The notes beneath the pieces were generated by a model. It had not been told where the DNA came from, did no database searches, and worked only from the letters and a program-made list of their open reading frames with translations. A stretch of 40,000 bases of DNA from Candidatus Peregrinibacteria bacterium (GTDB lineage: Bacteria > Patescibacteriota > Gracilibacteria > UBA1369 > LOWO2-01-FULL-3), in the NCBI GenBank assembly GCA_018655275.1, contig JABIJZ010000002.1, positions 195,748 to 235,747 on the forward strand, given 5' to 3'. Below, piece by piece: positions 27,286-35,656 of this stretch. Every line of letters begins with the position of its first letter. Position 1 is the stretch's first letter. The translations under genes and the position numbers were made by a program.

Positions 27286-27911
27286 GTTCGATCAACATTC
27301 ATATTCCTGTAATCAATCTTCAGCTTGCCCCCCATATTCATAAACATCAGATAGTAAGACGTCCCGACAATCTTCATACCATAAAATGGTGACTCTCCCT
27401 TAAGAAAAGCCTCAAGACTCTCTCTACGAATAACTTTCTCATAAAAATTCTCAGGCAACATCGAATCATCATCAGTCTTAGTCAATTCACCATGCACAAC
27501 ATATTTAAAAACATTTTTTAAAACAGCTTCAGTCAACTCAACACTCTCAGCCTCTACAGCACGCCTCAAAGGTATATAATGTCGATTCAAAGCCGGATAC
27601 AGTCTCTTAAGTTTACTCCCTTCCTCAGCCACTCCCCTAACCATACCAGCAACTCTAATACTCTCAGGTGTAATTTCATCTTTTTGTTTTTGTTCACCAA
27701 TAGCCCATTCACCAAGCCCCACTCTTATATTCCTAACAACATTAACAACCCATTCAGGATCATTTGTCCTTCTACTACTGCCATCCCCAGAAACATATTT
27801 ATCATCCAAGCAACCAATAACAATCCTTGCCGCATCATCATGATATTGATCATCAGGTTTCTTCCCATCTGCCCCCACCGGAAACGCCCTTTCTTTTTGC
27901 CCTTCAGCCAT
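27282..27911 (-). CDS. hypothetical protein (209 aa)
   Basis: ORF 27282..28070, for which I prefer the ATG at 27911 (MAEGQKERAFPVGADG..). Its stop overlaps the convergent Cys-rich gene's stop. Confidence 0.6.
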   Translation of the reverse strand: MAEGQKERAFPVGADGKKPDDQYHDDAARIVIGCLDDKYVSGDGSSRRTNDPEWVVNVVRNIRVGLGEWAIGEQKQKDEITPESIRVAGMVRGVAEEGSKLKRLYPALNRHYIPLRRAVEAESVELTEAVLKNVFKYVVHGELTKTDDDSMLPENFYEKVIRRESLEAFLKGESPFYGMKIVGTSYYLMFMNMGGKLKIDYRNMNVDRT

Positions 27912-28000
27912 AATAAAGTGTTTAATTTTAGGGCTAATTAAATCACATACAAAAAGATAAAACAATGTGATTTTCAGAAGATTTGTTGTAAAATTGGCCC

Positions 28001-28936
28001 ATGAACGACCCAAAACAAATCGCCGAGAACTTCGTCCAACTCTACCGAGAATTAGTTCATCGCGAACCACACATTTCAGTCCACGTATGGCTATCCGACA
28101 ATTCCGACTATTGCGACCAAATCGACCGCTGCAAAAACTGCTATCTCGTTTTCAACAGTCTCCAATCCGAAGACTGCATGTATATGTACGACTCAAGATG
28201 GAGCAAAAACTGCAGCGACATATCTTACTGCAATCATTCAGAACTCTGCTACGACTCTCTCGATCTCGAAAAATGCTACAACTGCGACCACTGCCAAGAC
28301 TGCACAAACTCAAATGACTGCCAATACTCATACGATCTTCGAAACTGCAACAACTGCCTCGGATGCGCAGGCTTGAGACACAAAAACTACCACATTTTCA
28401 ACAAACCTTACTCAAAAAAAGAATACGAAGAGCTCACAAAAAAACTCCTTAAAAATCCAGGGAAAATCGAAAAACAGCTCGAAAAGCTTTGCCTCGAAAT
28501 CCCTCACGTCGCTCTCCACACCCAAAACACAGAAAACTGCTTCGGGAACTACGTAGTAAACTCCAAAAACTCATACTGCATCTTCAAAACACACAATCTC
28601 GAAGATTGCATGTATATGCACGACACCCAAAGAGAAAAAGATTGCATGGACTGTTTTGTAGGAAACGAATCAGAACTTGCTTACGGCTGCACCGAAAACT
28701 CCAAAATCTACAATTGTAATTTTTCATACTGGTGCGCCAACAACATCGATTGCGAATACATGATGTATAGCTTCAGCTGCAAGAACTGTTTCGGATGTTT
28801 CAACCTCAAACACAAAGAATATCGCATTCTCAACAAACAATACACGAAAGAAGAATACGAAAAACTCCTCCCAGAAATCAAAAAATCACTCCGAGAAAAA
28901 GGCCAATACATGAACTTCCTACCAGACGTAATGTAA
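28001..28936 (+). CDS. cysteine-ladder protein, short form (311 aa)
   Basis: Alignable with 24330..25262 and has the same two cap motifs (CLGCAGLRHKNYHIFNKPYSKKEYEEL and CFGCFNLKHKEYRILNKQYTKEEYEKL). Confidence 0.8.
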   Translation: MNDPKQIAENFVQLYRELVHREPHISVHVWLSDNSDYCDQIDRCKNCYLVFNSLQSEDCMYMYDSRWSKNCSDISYCNHSELCYDSLDLEKCYNCDHCQDCTNSNDCQYSYDLRNCNNCLGCAGLRHKNYHIFNKPYSKKEYEELTKKLLKNPGKIEKQLEKLCLEIPHVALHTQNTENCFGNYVVNSKNSYCIFKTHNLEDCMYMHDTQREKDCMDCFVGNESELAYGCTENSKIYNCNFSYWCANNIDCEYMMYSFSCKNCFGCFNLKHKEYRILNKQYTKEEYEKLLPEIKKSLREKGQYMNFLPDVM

Positions 28937-29647
28937 TTATTTCTCCCAATTTGGGTTTTCCGTCTCAACCCTCAACCTCCAAGCCCCCCAAGGAACATCT
29001 TCATAATCAACAAACGCCCAATCAACCCTCTCCATCCCGTCATGCCCCAAACATTCAGCCATTTTTGGCGAAAGATCCAAACCAGCCCCAAAATTCACAA
29101 GATTCTTAGGCTTTTTCGCACGTCCAAAAACGTAATCAAAATCATCTTCAACAAACGGCCCAACATCCTCTACTTGCCCATAACAAACATTCCTGTCCAA
29201 TCGAACAGCCACCCACCTGTTTTTCACAAAAGAATAATACGGGTTTGCAACAACCATCCTTTCATCATACCAAGGAATATCTGAGACATCATCCCTACCC
29301 AAATCATTGTAAGGAACTGCCACATAATAAGGATTGGAACTATCCGCATAAGGATACTCCCAAGCAGAAGGCACATTCGAAATTCCTCCGTTGTAATTCT
29401 CTTCATCAAAAGAAGCCTCTTCTCCAAACCAAAAAACAGTGCTCATAATATCTTTATGCAATTTGTAGGCAGGAGCTTTTTGCACCACACGTTTAACCAC
29501 ACTTCTCTCAACACTTTTCTCCACCCTCTCTACTCGCGAAGATCCACCCAAACGCACACGCGCCAAAGCTTCTCCTGGCACATACCCCCCAAACAAAGAG
29601 CCAGCTATCAGAACCAACACCAAATTAATTTTAAAAATCTTTTTCAT
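28937..29647 (-). CDS. secreted protein with a tentative RlpA/expansin-like double-psi beta-barrel domain
   Basis: I prefer the ATG at 29647, giving signal peptide MKKIFKINLVLVLIAGSLFGG. The C-terminal ..VAVRLDRNVCYGQVEDVGPF..GLDLSPKMAECLG.. resembles DPBB motifs. Confidence 0.55.
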   Translation of the reverse strand: MKKIFKINLVLVLIAGSLFGGYVPGEALARVRLGGSSRVERVEKSVERSVVKRVVQKAPAYKLHKDIMSTVFWFGEEASFDEENYNGGISNVPSAWEYPYADSSNPYYVAVPYNDLGRDDVSDIPWYDERMVVANPYYSFVKNRWVAVRLDRNVCYGQVEDVGPFVEDDFDYVFGRAKKPKNLVNFGAGLDLSPKMAECLGHDGMERVDWAFVDYEDVPWGAWRLRVETENPNWEK

Positions 29648-29723
29648 GCCAAGACATCCTAACCTATTGTTCGTTCTCTGGCTACAAAACCTCTCCCTCA
29701 CCTCCCCACTCCTACACAACAGG

Positions 29724-29752
29724 TTGACATTTTTCAACTTTTATACTACAAT
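29724..29752 (+). promoter_or_regulatory. promoter TTGACA-17-TACAAT
   Basis: Hexamers read directly, 21 nt upstream of the ATG at 29773. Confidence 0.5.
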
Positions 29753-29772
29753 CAGCTCTAATCTTTTTACAC

Positions 29773-32700
29773 ATGAGTAGTAAAGAAACAGGTAGATGGG
29801 AACCATCTCAAAGCCAAATGGTTACACGCGTATGGACCCCTGACGAAGTCGAGGAACAAACAGCCCCCGAGGGAGAAGCTTTGCGAACCCTGTCCACAAT
29901 TTACAGCAGGAGAATCAAAATAATGGCCGCAGAAAAAGACGCCTTGCCAGGAAAACCAAGAGCAAAAAGACTTCAACAACTCATCGGGAAAGTAAAACAT
30001 GACATAGCAACAAAAAGACGCGCAGGAGACTCTCACGAAAACAGAATCCAATACATAAAAGAATCCGCAGAGATCAAAGAAATCCAAAGACTATATCTCG
30101 AACTCGGAATAGCAGAAATGATAGTGCTCGGAGATTGGAGCGTTAGCAGGACCAGCGAAATCCCAGAAGCAATGGGGATAGATTCCGGACCACACGAAAC
30201 AGCCCCATTTGCAACACTGGAATCAGAGATTCTATACTTCTATGAAGAACATGGGGTAGTAGATGCATCAAAACTAGGAGACAAGCTAATTCACATGGAC
30301 ATAGGGTGCGGAAATGCAGTAGTAGGACAATCTCTAAGAACCGACAACCTCACAAGTCCATTTGGAAACAACCGAACTTTACCAGACTACTGGGGAGAAG
30401 TAGGGTTCGCAGATAGAATGTACTTCTCAATCAATGACCTCATCGCATCATTCATAAAAGAAGAGCACAGAGAAAACCCAGCCCTTCACGAATTCATCAA
30501 CACAGTAGCAACTCTCCTCACAAGAAGACTTTACTTCGGGAAAGACAAACTTGACCCAACATTAGCAAAACTCCCATCAGACCCAAATCAAATCGTAAAA
30601 ATCTTCAAAAAACTACATTTTTTCATAAAAAACTTCAGCACTCTATTGAACCCAGATAAAAAAACAATGGTAGACGTAGAATTTTTATCTGACGAAGCAA
30701 GCCAATTGACACCAGAATGCAGAGAGTTAGTAGAAGAATATTTCTACGGCCCAGAAATTAGAGAGAAAATTGAGAACAGCACTTCAGCAGTATGGATAGG
30801 AGACCACCAAAATCGAACAATCTTTGTAAATCGCAAATTTTGCGAGATGACAGGTAAAACCAAAGAAGAGCTGAAAGGCAAAACTAAAGAAGAACTAAAT
30901 CTATGGCGAGCCACAAAAGGAAACCTTGGTGACCCAAAAAGAGAAGGAACACTAAAACTCGCAACTGGCTTCAATGCAAATGTAAACTTGCACTCACCAA
31001 GACTAGGACCTAAGGCAGTAATTATAACCATGCCAGGCGAAACAGAAGAACAACACCTTTCGCAGACCCTAATAACAAGTCGCGAAAGATGGCAAACCAA
31101 AGTCGAAGAGTACGAGAAAACAGCCTCACAAGAATTCCTCGACAAATACTTCAAACCTGAATTCCACGGATCAACAAAAAAACTAGATGAACAAATCGCA
31201 AAATTAGATGAAAAACTTGCAGAAGCCGAAAGAATCCGAATAGAAATCCACGAAGCTGCAAAAGCCGCATACGCAACATTCACACAGCCTATAACCCCTG
31301 ATGCACAAAAGACGATAGAATCAGAGAGAACAGCAGTCAACCAAAGAAGAACAGCTTGGGAAGACACCAGACAACAACTAACAGACGAAAGACGTCACCT
31401 AATTGACCAAAGAGACCTCCTCAACCTAGCAAGCCACGTGACAATTCACCCCCACAACGTAATACTAGGAGACTTCGACGAATTTGGGGAAATAATACCA
31501 GATCAACCCCTTATAAACTTAGCCACATTATTCAGGTCTAGCTCCCACGCAACAGACACTCAATACACAAAACTGACAGAAACAACAGCCAAAAGACTCG
31601 CACCCGGAGGAATCATAGTATGCGACGGCAAAAAAGAGTCATACACAAGATTCGAACGACTGGAAGAACTCGAAGCACTACAAAAAAAACTCGGCACAAA
31701 CTACAAAATAAGCGCAATTGTAGATACACAAGGAGCAATAAGATCTATCTTGATAGAACGCATATTAGTAACTAAAGAAAATAAAAAAGCATTCTTTTCA
31801 GACGATCATAAAGAAGAAGCATTAATCCCAGACTGCTCACTCATACCAATATCAGACGTTCAAACCCATCTACCTAGACTAGCATTCAAAAACCGCATAA
31901 TAAAAGCTCTCAAAGAACTAATCATAGATCCAAGAGTCAAAGCAGCACCAGAAGACAAAAAAGGAGATACCCTATTCCAAAGCAGACTACTTTTCAAAGG
32001 TATACACGAAATAATAGACGCAGTTGTAGAAAAAACTGAAAACCTCGACGAAGCAATCCTCCAAATAGCCCAACAATCAGACCTAGTTCGCCAACAACTA
32101 GACGCATCAAAACAAGGAACATCACTAATGCATCCGGACTTTAGAATCACAACATACCCTAGAAAAACCAAAACACTTTCGGAACCAACCAACGAAACAC
32201 GATCCTTCAGAGCCCAATCACTTCCAAGAAATCTAGACATACCAAACTTAAACCACCCAGCCATCGAATACCATAAGAGAATAGCAATAAATTGCTTACT
32301 AAAACTGAGACTATTCACAGGCAAATCACCAATAAAAGTAATTGAATTCGAAGGGTGCTTCACAAACACTCCAATGATAACAACATTACGAAACCTACTC
32401 GGACAAAACTTCGAAGACCTTGTAGAAATAGAAACCGTATCTCCTAACAACCCTGCTCCAAACATTGACGACAACACCATATATATCATCGGAGGCAGTA
32501 TAAAATCAGTCAACGACCCAGAAGGCAAACAATTCACACAAAATTTTTCACAAAAGCTACTAGAAAGAATCCAGGAAGGTGCCAACATACGAGCATACGC
32601 AACATGCTATGGATCAGAAAGTATATTAGAAGCCTTTGGAAACATGAGAGATAACCTAACAGTAGAAACAACACCGGGAGCCCTACAATTTGGAGCATTT

Positions 32701-33231
32701 CCAATAGAATTCACTCAAGACACCACCCCCTCAACAGAGCATCTAGCCGGCAAACAAGCAACAGTCACATTCACAAGAGGAGAATACTCAGAAGTAGAAG
32801 GCTATGAAGATGTCGACGACATGCAACCACTCGCATTCGAATGCAAAGAAGATGAACAAGGAGAACTAGTCACAGACCCATCCCGACCAATAAGCTTTTC
32901 ATTGCTAGACGGAGCAGTAATCACAGCCCAACCTCACTTCGAAGTTAACCTAAAAAGAGAACAAGACCTCGAAACCCTCCGCAGACACCTACAAAGATCG
33001 GCAAGAGAAACAACATCAGAATTTAGTCCAACACAAACAACCACAAACGAAAAAGAACGACACAAGTTCACAACAAACCCATCACACATCTACACTCACC
33101 AAGTAGATATCCCAGCTGTAAACGCCCAAGGTACAAAAACTCAATGGCTTGAAAACGACGTAGGAGCAGCATTATTTGCGCCAATACTAGCAACACACGC
33201 AAAAAAAACCTTAAACCAGCTAGCAACCTAA
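29773..33231 (+). CDS. 1152-aa multidomain protein: interrupted SAM-methyltransferase-like region, PAS-like region, coiled coil, and C-terminal class I glutamine-amidotransferase-like region
   Basis: Motifs: HMDIGCGNAVVG (aa ~174), AVWIGDHQNRTIFVNRKFCEMTG (aa ~339), a heptad-like Glu/Lys/Ala-rich stretch (aa ~430-550), LGDFDEF..AKRLAPGGIIVCDG (aa ~565-619), and IYIIGGS..AYATCYGSESILEAFG..AQPHFEV (aa ~903-1057). Confidence 0.8.
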   Translation: MSSKETGRWEPSQSQMVTRVWTPDEVEEQTAPEGEALRTLSTIYSRRIKIMAAEKDALPGKPRAKRLQQLIGKVKHDIATKRRAGDSHENRIQYIKESAEIKEIQRLYLELGIAEMIVLGDWSVSRTSEIPEAMGIDSGPHETAPFATLESEILYFYEEHGVVDASKLGDKLIHMDIGCGNAVVGQSLRTDNLTSPFGNNRTLPDYWGEVGFADRMYFSINDLIASFIKEEHRENPALHEFINTVATLLTRRLYFGKDKLDPTLAKLPSDPNQIVKIFKKLHFFIKNFSTLLNPDKKTMVDVEFLSDEASQLTPECRELVEEYFYGPEIREKIENSTSAVWIGDHQNRTIFVNRKFCEMTGKTKEELKGKTKEELNLWRATKGNLGDPKREGTLKLATGFNANVNLHSPRLGPKAVIITMPGETEEQHLSQTLITSRERWQTKVEEYEKTASQEFLDKYFKPEFHGSTKKLDEQIAKLDEKLAEAERIRIEIHEAAKAAYATFTQPITPDAQKTIESERTAVNQRRTAWEDTRQQLTDERRHLIDQRDLLNLASHVTIHPHNVILGDFDEFGEIIPDQPLINLATLFRSSSHATDTQYTKLTETTAKRLAPGGIIVCDGKKESYTRFERLEELEALQKKLGTNYKISAIVDTQGAIRSILIERILVTKENKKAFFSDDHKEEALIPDCSLIPISDVQTHLPRLAFKNRIIKALKELIIDPRVKAAPEDKKGDTLFQSRLLFKGIHEIIDAVVEKTENLDEAILQIAQQSDLVRQQLDASKQGTSLMHPDFRITTYPRKTKTLSEPTNETRSFRAQSLPRNLDIPNLNHPAIEYHKRIAINCLLKLRLFTGKSPIKVIEFEGCFTNTPMITTLRNLLGQNFEDLVEIETVSPNNPAPNIDDNTIYIIGGSIKSVNDPEGKQFTQNFSQKLLERIQEGANIRAYATCYGSESILEAFGNMRDNLTVETTPGALQFGAFPIEFTQDTTPSTEHLAGKQATVTFTRGEYSEVEGYEDVDDMQPLAFECKEDEQGELVTDPSRPISFSLLDGAVITAQPHFEVNLKREQDLETLRRHLQRSARETTSEFSPTQTTTNEKERHKFTTNPSHIYTHQVDIPAVNAQGTKTQWLENDVGAALFAPILATHAKKTLNQLAT

Positions 33232-34484
33232 ACCATCGCCGCAAGCGACAACTCTATAAGCTTCGCATATTTTTCAATAAATTCATTCTCAAAAATCTCC
33301 AACTTCTTTTCAGGACTAGTATATAGAGACAAAGTTCCAACCAATTTAGACTTGAAAACCAAAGGAATCAAAAGCAAAGAACAGAGATTGTTTTTATTAG
33401 CCAAAAACTTCGACTGATACTTTGGATCCTTCATAACATCAATGATTTTCACAGACCCCTTCTGAACAAAAGCCTTCTCAGCCAAGCCCCCTTTGTATTT
33501 AATACTAGCTTTGCCTTCCCAATCATTTGCCAAACCAAAAGAAGAAAGAAGATCCAACGAATCTCGTTTTTGATTATATAAGCGCAAAACGCACGCATCC
33601 ACTCTCGTCAGCATAATTATAGAACTAACAACGAAATCAGCCATACTCTTCAAATCTCCAGAGCTCCTACAAACATCCAAAAGCTCAAACACATAATCCA
33701 TCTGCCTACGGATCACACCAAATTTATTATAAGCCTCTTTCATTTTCCTATACTTCAACTCCACATCCTCTTCAAACTTAACCTGATTCGTAATATCCCT
33801 AGCAATAATCAGATAAAACGAAACCTTCTTCTTACCTTCAATAAAGATAGGCGTCAATGTCGCAGCAACCAAAATCTTTTTCTTATTTTTGTGCTTCCCC
33901 TCAAGTTCAATATTGTAAATAACTTTAGAACTACTAATAATTTCCCCAACATCCCCTCGAGAGAAAATCCTGCTTATTTTCGCACCAACCATTTCCACCC
34001 CCTTGTATCCAAAAATTATTTTAGCCCCTTTATTCCAAGACTTCACCTTCCCATCCGGATCAAAAGTAATAACTGCATTCGTTGAATATTGAATAGCTTG
34101 ACTGAGAACTTTTTCTTCCTCCTCCTTTTTTTTCAAGTCAGTGAGGTCAGTCATTATACCAATAGTCCCACCATCCGGAAGAGGCGCCCCACTCAAAAGA
34201 ACAGGCACAATCTTCCCATTCTTCGTCAACAAATCCCCTTCATAACTAGAACTAACCCCTTTTTTACGCTCAGAAGTATTCACATTTCTCACTCTCTTAA
34301 CACTTTCCTCAGTCCAAAAATCATAAGACTCCCTCCCTATCATATCCGGCAACTTATAACCAACCATCTTACAAAACTTCGGATTAGCATAAACAGTCCT
34401 TTCATTTTTATCACCAACCCAAACACCTTCATTCATCGTATCAATCAAAGTTTTATAAATCTTACTGTCTGCCAATTTTTTCAT
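33228..34484 (-). CDS. PAS-PAS-GAF sensor protein without a recognisable output domain
   Basis: 418 aa from the ATG at 34484 (the track ORF extends to 34517). Contains two PAS-like blocks (..GVWVGDKNERTVYANPKFCKMVG.. and ..NAVITFDPDGKVKSWNKGAKIIFGY..) and a C-terminal GAF-like region. Confidence 0.8.
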   Translation of the reverse strand: MKKLADSKIYKTLIDTMNEGVWVGDKNERTVYANPKFCKMVGYKLPDMIGRESYDFWTEESVKRVRNVNTSERKKGVSSSYEGDLLTKNGKIVPVLLSGAPLPDGGTIGIMTDLTDLKKKEEEEKVLSQAIQYSTNAVITFDPDGKVKSWNKGAKIIFGYKGVEMVGAKISRIFSRGDVGEIISSSKVIYNIELEGKHKNKKKILVAATLTPIFIEGKKKVSFYLIIARDITNQVKFEEDVELKYRKMKEAYNKFGVIRRQMDYVFELLDVCRSSGDLKSMADFVVSSIIMLTRVDACVLRLYNQKRDSLDLLSSFGLANDWEGKASIKYKGGLAEKAFVQKGSVKIIDVMKDPKYQSKFLANKNNLCSLLLIPLVFKSKLVGTLSLYTSPEKKLEIFENEFIEKYAKLIELSLAAMV

Positions 34485-35610
34485 ATATTTTTTTACGAGT
34501 ATGTTTACTATGAACATGATCCAACCACTCTCTCTTCACACAATCTTTCTCAGATTTTTTGATCTCAACACAATCTCCACTCATCAACCTATAATATATA
34601 TCCTGCTTCCCCCCATTTACAATAGCTGATCGAGCTTTGTGCCCCAAATCAGAATGCAAATGATAAGCAAAATCAACAATAGTAGAACCATTTTCCAATT
34701 TGAACAAATCTCCTTTTGGAGTAAAAACATACACATCCTTCAACTCTTCATCCCCTTGCGAAAGATCCGAGAAATGTTCAACCAATTTCTTTTCCTTTTC
34801 CGTAACCATCTTCGACTTTTTCCCCTTTGCATACAACCAATGAGCAGCAAATCCCTTTTCCGCAAAATCATCCATCGCCCTCGTCCGAATCTGTACCTCA
34901 ATAGGAATATCCAACTTTTCAACAACTTCAATCAATCCAGTATGCAAACTCTGATACCCATTGATCTTCGGAATAGTCACATAATCCTTGAAATAATCCA
35001 CAACCGGATAAAACCGATCATGAAACAAATTCAAAACCTCAAAACACTCATCCACCGAATTCGACTCTAGAACAATCCTGAACGCAAAAATATCATTCAA
35101 TTTAATAGCACTTTTCTTCATTTTTTTTCGAAGTTTTTTGTTGATACTATAAAGATTCTTGTATCGTCCCTTCACCTCACACTCATACCCCTCCTCCTTC
35201 AAAAACACCCGAAAAACTCTCAAAACTTTATTCACAAGACTTTTAGAATTATTTTTATAAACCTTCATCATCTCATCAACATCCTTATACCTTTCATCAT
35301 CAGTAATTTTGAAACAAAGATCATCTAGCAAACTTTTTTCATTAAAAAACCCAAATCTCTCGCATAACTGCGAAAGAACCAACAAATATCTATTCGCCAT
35401 TTTTTTCTCCAATTTCTGATCTTCACACAAACCCAACTGAGTCCTGAAAACTTTGACGAATTCATAAAACACCTCTGGAGATTTAGAAAAACTAGAGAAA
35501 AAATACTGAGAAATCGACTCCAGATTTTTCGCAGACTCATTAACATTCACCAACAACCCGAGCCATCGCTCAAATTCTTCTTTACCTAAATGGATTTTCT
35601 TTAAAACCAT
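34462..35610 (-). CDS. RelA/SpoT-homolog (p)ppGpp synthetase with TGS domain, lacking the catalytic half of the HD hydrolase domain
   Basis: 382 aa. Synthetase motifs GRYKNLYSINKKL, DIFAFRIVL, PKINGYQSLHT, EVQIRTRAMDDFAEKGFAAHWLY. TGS motif VYVFTPKGDLFKLENGSTIVDFAYHLHSDLGHK. The N-terminal ~140 aa has no HD dyad. Confidence 0.85.
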   Translation of the reverse strand: MVLKKIHLGKEEFERWLGLLVNVNESAKNLESISQYFFSSFSKSPEVFYEFVKVFRTQLGLCEDQKLEKKMANRYLLVLSQLCERFGFFNEKSLLDDLCFKITDDERYKDVDEMMKVYKNNSKSLVNKVLRVFRVFLKEEGYECEVKGRYKNLYSINKKLRKKMKKSAIKLNDIFAFRIVLESNSVDECFEVLNLFHDRFYPVVDYFKDYVTIPKINGYQSLHTGLIEVVEKLDIPIEVQIRTRAMDDFAEKGFAAHWLYAKGKKSKMVTEKEKKLVEHFSDLSQGDEELKDVYVFTPKGDLFKLENGSTIVDFAYHLHSDLGHKARSAIVNGGKQDIYYRLMSGDCVEIKKSEKDCVKREWLDHVHSKHTRKKIYEKIGRQ

Positions 35611-35656
35611 CGCAAAACAATTCTAACACATGCCAGCCCATACACAAAAAACCACT

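Noticed and set aside
27912-28070. N-terminal extensions of track ORFs: 27912-28070, 29648-29737, 6655-6693 and 7103-7150.
   Set aside because: The extensions overlap promoter-like sequence or the neighbouring gene and encode non-protein-like sequence. The internal ATGs give a clean signal peptide (29647) or conserved start contexts (6654, 7102).
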